Shown in pieces: positions 58,518 to 64,000 of a DNA stretch of 64,000 nt (its first letter is position 1; each line of letters begins with the position of its first letter). The notes beneath the pieces are model-generated. The model ran no database searches. It was not told where the DNA came from and saw nothing but the letters and a program-made list of their open reading frames with translations. Source of the DNA: a virus; the IMG/VR virus record IMGVR_UViG_3300010413_000014, positions 11,795-75,794 of that record. One strand, written 5' to 3'. The translations under genes and the position numbers were made by a program.

Positions 58518-58817
58518 TTATTTGTTTTTAATGAAAGCTTTGCATGATTTGATTCCCAATGTCACTAACTGCTCATTAGTAACCATTCCGCTACCCTTAT
58601 CATTCCAGATATCTGATTTAAGATCAACCCATCCAGAAGCAACAGCTTCTCCAACTTCAATCTCATGATGATCTCTTGGAGGATCGAGAGCTCTCAAACA
58701 ACATCCAACATATCCTTCGTTGCGAAACTCATTTGACCAAGGTCTTCTAGCATATTGACAATCATAACAAATTGACGGATACTGTTCCTTGATCTGTAAA
58801 ACCTTTTGCTTATCCAT
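58518..58817 (-). CDS. Cys-rich hypothetical protein
   Basis: CYDC...GCC...C. Confidence 0.55.
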   Translation of the reverse strand: MDKQKVLQIKEQYPSICYDCQYARRPWSNEFRNEGYVGCCLRALDPPRDHHEIEVGEAVASGWVDLKSDIWNDKGSGMVTNEQLVTLGIKSCKAFIKNK

Positions 58818-58840
58818 ATCTAAAAATTTAGATCACAAAA

Positions 58841-59155
58841 TTAAGCTTTTATTTTCAAATGAGCAAGCATCTTTCGAAATTTTTTCTCAGCATTCTTTTG
58901 ATTAAGCGCCCAAAGTAGAGGGTGATTAGGATTAATTACTATTTTGAAATTACCTTGCTCTTGCTTCTTACTGATATCAAAAGCAATCCTTCGCGTAAGA
59001 TTAACTTGAACAACTTCTCCGGTCAAAGGATTCCAACTATAAAGGTTCTGTCCTTTCTTGCGACGAGCTGATCCTAAGAATTTAAATTCTTGTTTGATCT
59101 CCTTTTCTTGCGTAACCTCAACCTGAGGTTTCAAATCTCTGATTTCTTCCAACAT
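58841..59155 (-). CDS. Hypothetical protein
   Basis: ALNQKNAEKKF motif; in an operon. Confidence 0.6.
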   Translation of the reverse strand: MLEEIRDLKPQVEVTQEKEIKQEFKFLGSARRKKGQNLYSWNPLTGEVVQVNLTRRIAFDISKKQEQGNFKIVINPNHPLLWALNQKNAEKKFRKMLAHLKIKA

Positions 59156-59158
59156 ATT

Positions 59159-59782
59159 CTAAAAATTAAAATTAAACTTTCTTCTGGTGTACGATGATCC
59201 GCCACTTCCTTCTCCTCGAAGCTGCTTAATCATCTTGATAAATACTTTTGCATTTGCAATTGTATCTGGTAGTGCTCTGTGAGCTTCAACTAATGTGATG
59301 CCAAGTTCACTAGCCACTGTTCCAAGTTCGTAGTTTGCTAGTTCGTAGAACATCCATCGAGCCCATTTCAATGTATCCACACTCTCTTCGAGATTGATGT
59401 GCTTAGTAACATCAATCTTCGAATCTTCCATAAACTTTATGAAGAATGGATTGTCGAATTTTTTGATATTGTGGCCAGCTAGGATTGGTTTTGAGTTACC
59501 TACTTTATAGCTATCGATAAACTCGAGACAATTTTTGGCAACTATATCAAAAGGAAGTCCTTCATTCTTGAGTATATCAAGCGATAACTTGGTAACGTCG
59601 AACGCTTCATCAGAATATTCGAGATTCAAATATGGTTGAATTAAACTCGTGTATTCATCAATAATCTCTAGCGTTTCCATATCAACGACAACCATAGCTA
59701 TCTCAGCTACACCATTAATATCTTTCTCTAAACCTCCTGTTTCGAGATCATATACGATCACTCTTTGATGTGGGCTCCTCAT
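59159..59782 (-). CDS. DEDDh 3'-5' exonuclease (DnaQ-like)
   Basis: YDLETGG, GHN..KFD, DTL, AHRALPDT. Confidence 0.9.
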   Translation of the reverse strand: MRSPHQRVIVYDLETGGLEKDINGVAEIAMVVVDMETLEIIDEYTSLIQPYLNLEYSDEAFDVTKLSLDILKNEGLPFDIVAKNCLEFIDSYKVGNSKPILAGHNIKKFDNPFFIKFMEDSKIDVTKHINLEESVDTLKWARWMFYELANYELGTVASELGITLVEAHRALPDTIANAKVFIKMIKQLRGEGSGGSSYTRRKFNFNF

Positions 59783-59901
59783 TTCTTCTGGATTAGATAA
59801 TGTCTAACATAAAGAGATCTTCCTAACTCATCTCTACCTATGCAATATTCTACGAATGGATTGCATTCTACTGTTTGTTTCTTTTGCTTATTTTTCATAC
59901 C

Positions 59902-60201
59902 TCAAATTTTACTATTGTACTTATTTTGCATATATTCAAGTCTCTTGATCTCTGCTTTAGTCATCGGCATCTTCCAACGTTTCATATACTCAAGATTACA
60001 CCAAATTTGATTCCCATCTTCGAGAAGTTTAAAGTCTTCTTTTCTTATTGATCGATCTAATCGACTCTCGATACATCGATCACAAAGACAGATCTTCCAA
60101 TCTGAGCCTACTATTTGAGACCATAATTCATCTTTCAACATAACCATTTTGAAATCAAATCCATTATAAATAATTCCACAATCCTTACATTTTGCAGGCA
60201 T
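59902..60201 (-). CDS. Zn-binding hypothetical protein
   Basis: Likely start MPAKCKDC; ML..ELW...LC..CIE.RL.R. Confidence 0.6.
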   Translation of the reverse strand: MPAKCKDCGIIYNGFDFKMVMLKDELWSQIVGSDWKICLCDRCIESRLDRSIRKEDFKLLEDGNQIWCNLEYMKRWKMPMTKAEIKRLEYMQNKYNSKI

Positions 60202-60222
60202 AATTCTAGTTTTATAATTAGA

Positions 60223-60307
60223 GAGGAAGGTGGGATTCGAACCCACATGAACCACTTATCTATTGATTATTGCTTGCATGAGCATTATCTCAAGTAGCTT
60301 CTTCCTT
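60223..60307 (-). ncRNA. tRNA-like element (acceptor stem + T arm, no canonical D/anticodon arms)
   Basis: AGGAAG/CTTCCT stem, GTGGG-TTCGAAT-CCCAC T arm, AGCTACTT/AAGTGGTT stem; starts about 12 nt after the promoter at 60320. Confidence 0.55.
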
Positions 60308-60402
60308 GTTTTTGATGAGCTAAAAGTATAGCTTTATTTGATCATTTCCAACAGTTAAATTTTAATCAATTTTCACTGTTTTATAATTACTTGAAAATGA
60401 AC

Positions 60403-60447
60403 TCTTTCTCTTTACTCCCTAGTATCTGAAGAAAGAAAAAAAGAAAG
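60403..60447 (-). repeat. 45-bp element, copy 2 (inverted)
   Basis: Exact reverse complement of 14121-14165. Confidence 0.9.
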
Positions 60448-60473
60448 AGTGTTATTTATTAGTATTATTAGCC

Positions 60474-60977
60474 TTAGAAATAGCTAGGGAAATTCTTAGC
60501 ATTTTTCTCATAGATTTTCATGGATTGTTTGTCACCATTTTCCCACATCTCATGATGCTTTAGACAAAGTCGGTTGATATTCTCTACTTTATGACGGAGT
60601 TGGGGTGCAATGCTTTTCGGAATCACATGAGAGTATTGCCAACGAGCAATTACTCTTCCATCTTCATCTCTGAATTGATCAGAGAGAGGAAGTCCACACT
60701 CTTCACAAAAGTGAGGCTTAGAATTAAATACCTTCTCATAAAGATCCTCATCCTTTTGAATCATTCGATCGCGCCTTTCGCTTCCTTTCTTTGAAGGCTG
60801 GATGAATCCTTTTGATTTTTGAGGGGTATATTTGGTTTTAATTAACTTTTTCGGCTTCGGTATATATTCATATACTTTTCCGAACTCATTCCCATATAGC
60901 CGAAGATTATTACATCTTCGGCATAATTTGAAATGCTTATTGATTACATATGGATCTCCACACTCAATACAACACAT
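60474..60977 (-). CDS. HNH/NinG-like endonuclease
   Basis: CEECG...SHVIPKS...NINRLCLKHH. Confidence 0.65.
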   Translation of the reverse strand: MCCIECGDPYVINKHFKLCRRCNNLRLYGNEFGKVYEYIPKPKKLIKTKYTPQKSKGFIQPSKKGSERRDRMIQKDEDLYEKVFNSKPHFCEECGLPLSDQFRDEDGRVIARWQYSHVIPKSIAPQLRHKVENINRLCLKHHEMWENGDKQSMKIYEKNAKNFPSYF

Positions 60978-61033
60978 ATCCTCTACTTTAAATAAACTGT
61001 GATTAAATTTTCATTCTGTAACTCGTATCCGAT

Positions 61034-61234
61034 CTACTTGACCCACATATGAGATCCTCCAAATCCAAACATCAAATAACGGAATCGAACTTTCCTCATC
61101 TGTTCTCGAAAATCTTGCTCTGACTCAGCCTGGCTGATAATAAAGAGAAGATTATTCATCTCAATTAAAGTGTTACTCAGTAGATAGTGAGAATCAACTT
61201 TTACAAATGTTTCGATTTCAACTCTTGCTTTCAT
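61034..61234 (-). CDS. Hypothetical protein, possibly truncated by TAG
   Basis: Frame continues for 16 codons to TAG 60983, next to the following start. Confidence 0.45.
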   Translation of the reverse strand: MKARVEIETFVKVDSHYLLSNTLIEMNNLLFIISQAESEQDFREQMRKVRFRYLMFGFGGSHMWVK

Positions 61235-61280
61235 AACCTTATATTAATTAACAGCTCTTTAAAAAGTTTTTTAGTTGATT

Positions 61281-61388
61281 CTAAATATTAGCATCAATAA
61301 TCTCTTTGTGTAATTGTTTCAGTTTCATGTTCTCTGGATTAGAGATTCCTAATTCGATTGCCCATTGATTCTTCTCTTGACGATTCAT
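61281..61388 (-). CDS. 35-aa Rho-N/HeH-like peptide
   Basis: Read manually: MNRQEKNQWAIELGISNPENMKLKQLHKEII; after promoter 61434. Confidence 0.4.
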   Translation of the reverse strand: MNRQEKNQWAIELGISNPENMKLKQLHKEIIDANI

Positions 61389-61524
61389 GTCTGAAATGTG
61401 TTTCTGTGTTTTTTATAACTTTGTTTTTAATACCTAAAGATGCGGCTGATTTAGTCACTATGCAACAGGCAAAGCAAAAAAAGAGGAAAATTTTACAGAA
61501 ATCTGCAAATCTTCCTCTCTCTAG

Positions 61525-61761
61525 TTAAAATATTCCTAAGAATTTCTTCTTCTCCTTCTTCTCTTTCTGCGATTGATCAACATTATCTAAATGAATGTTG
61601 ACATCTGATCCGTCCTTCACCTTTCCATCAACAGAAACACTGATCTGATTTCCTTCATTTGGAGCTTGATTTGATCCATAATAAAAACCTGTCGCTAATC
61701 CGAATCCAAATCCGACCAAAAATAACAACACCTTTCCAAATAGTGATAATTTATGCCACAT
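61525..61761 (-). CDS. Membrane-anchored lysis-cassette protein
   Basis: N-terminal TM; directly after the endolysin; likely start MWHKL. Confidence 0.5.
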   Translation of the reverse strand: MWHKLSLFGKVLLFLVGFGFGLATGFYYGSNQAPNEGNQISVSVDGKVKDGSDVNIHLDNVDQSQKEKKEKKKFLGIF

Positions 61762-61762
61762 A

Positions 61763-62206
61763 CTACTTCTTTTTGATTTCAAAATGAGGTAAATCTTTGA
61801 AGTTAACCCAATCTCCACCCCAACATAATTTCTCACAAGTGCAAAAATGACCCTCTTTTTGCATCAATAGAAACTCAGCTTTAATCACATCTGCAATCTC
61901 TTTATACTTTGATGTGCACTTCCAACATGCACCATGCTCATCATACAAAAAGATATCGAAAGCCATTCCAAATTGATGAATACTCTTGCTTTTAACTCCG
62001 TCTTTATGAGTGATTGGTTTTCGATCTAACTCAATTGTACGACCAATCGCATAAAGATGCTCTTGATCTTCAGTGGATCGCTTTCCTCCATACTCAGGAA
62101 TCCCAAAATCATGAGACGATTTATCTAACGCTCGTTTGATCAATGAAATTACAACAGGTTTAACACCTTTGAGGTGATTCATTGATGTTTGACTTAGCTT
62201 GTGCAT
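61763..62206 (-). CDS. Endolysin, M15 family (L-Ala-D-Glu peptidase-like)
   Basis: RS...Q..LY..GRT, SIHQFGMAFD, WGGDW..FKDLPHFE. Confidence 0.9.
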   Translation of the reverse strand: MHKLSQTSMNHLKGVKPVVISLIKRALDKSSHDFGIPEYGGKRSTEDQEHLYAIGRTIELDRKPITHKDGVKSKSIHQFGMAFDIFLYDEHGACWKCTSKYKEIADVIKAEFLLMQKEGHFCTCEKLCWGGDWVNFKDLPHFEIKKK

Positions 62207-62657
62207 TGTTGCTTGATTTTACCTCATTATCTTCCTCTAAATTGATGCCTGTTGTTTCTTTCACTTTCTCTTCCATAAACTTCTTCAAGATTCTGAATAA
62301 CTTATGATCAGTCATCTTTCCTGCATTTTCTAAGATAGACCATATTTCAAACCCAACTATCAACCAGGCTACAAACTTATGAATCTCAACAACACCCATC
62401 TCTCGATCGAGTGAGAATGTTAAGAATACGATCGCAATCGATATCAACATCTTATAGCCTGTTCGCCAGAGCTTACTACTCTTAATCCCCTCTCCCCTCA
62501 TATGCGCAACCTTAATGCCCGTCAGTAGATCAATCACTATTGCAGCAATCATCACATGAATCACACCTTTTACTGGAGCAAAATATCCAGCGAAGGCAAA
62601 GATTAGACCACTAAAGAAGTTATATAAATGTAATAAAATCCACCTAATACTTTCCAT
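62160..62657 (-). CDS. Holin (phage holin 4 family)
   Basis: DLLTG, SSKL, EIWSILEN; TM helices; overlaps the endolysin. Confidence 0.85.
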   Translation of the reverse strand: MESIRWILLHLYNFFSGLIFAFAGYFAPVKGVIHVMIAAIVIDLLTGIKVAHMRGEGIKSSKLWRTGYKMLISIAIVFLTFSLDREMGVVEIHKFVAWLIVGFEIWSILENAGKMTDHKLFRILKKFMEEKVKETTGINLEEDNEVKSSNNAQAKSNINESPQRC

Positions 62658-62688
62658 TTCATCAATTTAGTTATTTTCCTTATCTCTA

Positions 62689-63294
62689 TTATACCTCTTC
62701 TTCTGGTAATTTAGGTAAAGAGGTTGTTAATGTAACTCCAGGTGAATCATAAATCAACTTTAATTGAGATCCACTTAAATAGAAACCTTTATTTCCAGCA
62801 ACACTTACAAAATAATAATAACCATTTATTAAATCATATGTATAATTGCCTCCTATTTCAATCCATTCTCTCCATGTCTTTTTTCTTTCGGGAGAGAGTA
62901 ATATTGGATTTTCCGGATCTGTCTCAGTATCGTAGCTTGCTGCAATTATTGAGTTGGGCAATCCCTCTGGGATCTCTGTATCAATAGCTGATTCGGCCAA
63001 TTTTATGAATGGGTTCCAATTTCTTACATCCCCCCCTTCCCTGCAAACGGTGGTAGTCATTGTTTTTGTAAAATCCTCAAACATTACAGCTAGAAAAGTT
63101 ACCACATCAAACTTCTTAGAAGCTATATTATCTGGTAAATCAGCCACTATATAATTTCCTTTAGGAACTGGTTTGATTCCCCAAAGCCCTACAAGATTAT
63201 CTCTGAAGTCTGCTAAGACTTGATCATAATCTGGATTGCCACCTGTGGTTGGTCTTTTTTCCAGATATTTTTCGTGTATTTGTACTTGTAACAT
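62689..63294 (-). CDS. Hypothetical (tail-associated) protein
   Basis: 201-aa ORF upstream of the lysis genes. Confidence 0.5.
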   Translation of the reverse strand: MLQVQIHEKYLEKRPTTGGNPDYDQVLADFRDNLVGLWGIKPVPKGNYIVADLPDNIASKKFDVVTFLAVMFEDFTKTMTTTVCREGGDVRNWNPFIKLAESAIDTEIPEGLPNSIIAASYDTETDPENPILLSPERKKTWREWIEIGGNYTYDLINGYYYFVSVAGNKGFYLSGSQLKLIYDSPGVTLTTSLPKLPEEEV

Positions 63295-63388
63295 ATCTTG
63301 GTTGTTCGTTTTTCAGTTTCTAACTGCTTTCCAATTAAAGATGATAAATGGGTTCTGATTTGTTTTGAAAATATAAATTTTTTCTTTA

Positions 63389-63778
63389 TTATAACAATAT
63401 CTTATTTGCTTCGATGAACAAATTATCTAATCCGTCACTATCGTAACCCATTGCAGCCCCAAGTTGATTAACCATCCCGGAATTTCTATACAGTTGATAT
63501 GACGCATCGTACAACAAACGTGTTTCGCCTGTTATGTCTGCATCAATTATTGCCATTAATTCATCATGCCTGCCAATATTAAGCATGTGTTTTGTTGCTT
63601 GTAATTTACTTATTACTTCTGGTACCATAATTATTTCCTCCCAAATTTCATCAGTTGAGTTCCATTTCCAATCTTGAAAAGTTGTTATTGTAAAAGGTAA
63701 ATCACTAGAATTAAAATCATAATCTCCTTTTATTCCTAATGATATAATATTTCCGTCTGTATCTAATGAAAATTTCAT
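63389..63778 (-). CDS. Tail-fibre assembly-like protein
   Basis: VPEVISKLQ...R.S.MV..LG.AMG...GLDNLFIEA pattern. Confidence 0.55.
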   Translation of the reverse strand: MKFSLDTDGNIISLGIKGDYDFNSSDLPFTITTFQDWKWNSTDEIWEEIIMVPEVISKLQATKHMLNIGRHDELMAIIDADITGETRLLYDASYQLYRNSGMVNQLGAAMGYDSDGLDNLFIEANKILL

Positions 63779-64000
63779 AATATGCGATTTGAAGTTATAC
63801 CATTAATAGGATTAGTTCCAATATAAGTTCCTACGATTGGAGTTACATCTCCAGCGTCAAGCTTTGAATTATCTATAAGGACTATATATCCATTATTTAC
63901 TTCTGTTGTATCTCTAGCTAATACATATACAATTGAGGACAATCCTGAATAATACGATCTCCATAAATTGTGTAAACCAATTGGTACTCCAGAATCAATA
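63775..64000 (-). CDS. 3' end of an upstream gene (probable tail fibre)
   Basis: Open frame from the window edge to a TGA overlapping the next ATG. Confidence 0.5.
   Translation of the reverse strand, partial: IDSGVPIGLHNLWRSYYSGLSSIVYVLARDTTEVNNGYIVLIDNSKLDAGDVTPIVGTYIGTNPINGITSNRIL

Larger units (their letters stand above)
14764..61466 (-). promoter_or_regulatory. Dispersed family of ~24 early promoters, consensus GTTGC-N19/20-TATCTTTAG, many fused to an upstream terminator hairpin
   Basis: -7 boxes start (+ strand) at about 14764, 16545, 20428, 20944, 24122, 27214, 28356, 28953, 29264, 29554, 30366, 35024, 38022, 41228, 43302, 44829, 45671, 46350, 51196, 52347, 53172, 55333, 60320, 61434; most are followed by an A-rich leader and ATG. 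Confidence 0.85.

Noticed and set aside
59902-60255. ORF start at 60255 (MVHVGSNPTF)
   Set aside because: The extension is translated T-arm sequence of the tRNA-like element; the real start is likely 60201.
22893-61234. Genome-wide TAG-to-Gln recoding, as in some crAss-like phages
   Set aside because: Long genes have no internal TAG, TAG is a real stop tightly packed against next starts or terminators (40796, 41000, 41318, 59159, 61763), and the lesions include TAA and frameshifts.
827-63154. Plus-strand ORFs and short alternate-frame minus ORFs in the track (e.g. 3383, 5598, 21208, 31224, 56610)
   Set aside because: Shadows of well-supported minus-strand genes or repeats; no motifs or start context.
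1-64000. Prophage, integrase or host chromosomal DNA
   Set aside because: No integrase, repressor, att context or host housekeeping synteny; recA, dnaE, folE and rnhA are embedded among phage genes.

Overview
A 64-kb segment of a large lytic-type dsDNA tailed phage, probably infecting Bacteroidota (Bacteroidota-type promoters, A-rich SD-less starts such as AAAACACAAAGTTATG, BT4734-type primase domain). Essentially all real genes are on the minus strand. In transcription order (right to left): tail genes; holin and endolysin; a 46-kb early/replication block; a T7-like single-subunit RNA polymerase; tRNA-Ala; portal, head-tail, TerS, TerL and neck genes; tRNA-Ser; a 1.3-kb repeat-rich non-coding region; more tail genes. 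The early block carries DnaQ, a 7-deazaguanine DNA-modification cluster, split DnaE, ligase, SbcCD, RecA, RuvC, ThyX, an SNF2 helicase, RNase H, class II RNR, a primase-helicase and many small promoter/terminator cassettes. Most notable observations: (1) a perfect 45-bp inverted repeat with a T7-like ACTA/GGGAG core bracketing the whole early block, one copy beside the RNAP gene; (2) DnaE split just before its catalytic aspartates, each half carrying what looks like a catalytically dead intein (HINT) fragment, with a PAPS-reductase-like gene in the gap; (3) five to six unrelated early proteins sharing a C-terminal HTH tag; (4) about 24 terminator-promoter modules plus a second, gene-less promoter-like repeat in nested inverted orientation; (5) a QueC-less deazaguanine pathway with a QueD-HNH fusion; (6) aberrant tRNA-like elements and an iteron-like array. 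All calls come from reading motifs by eye; no searches were run.
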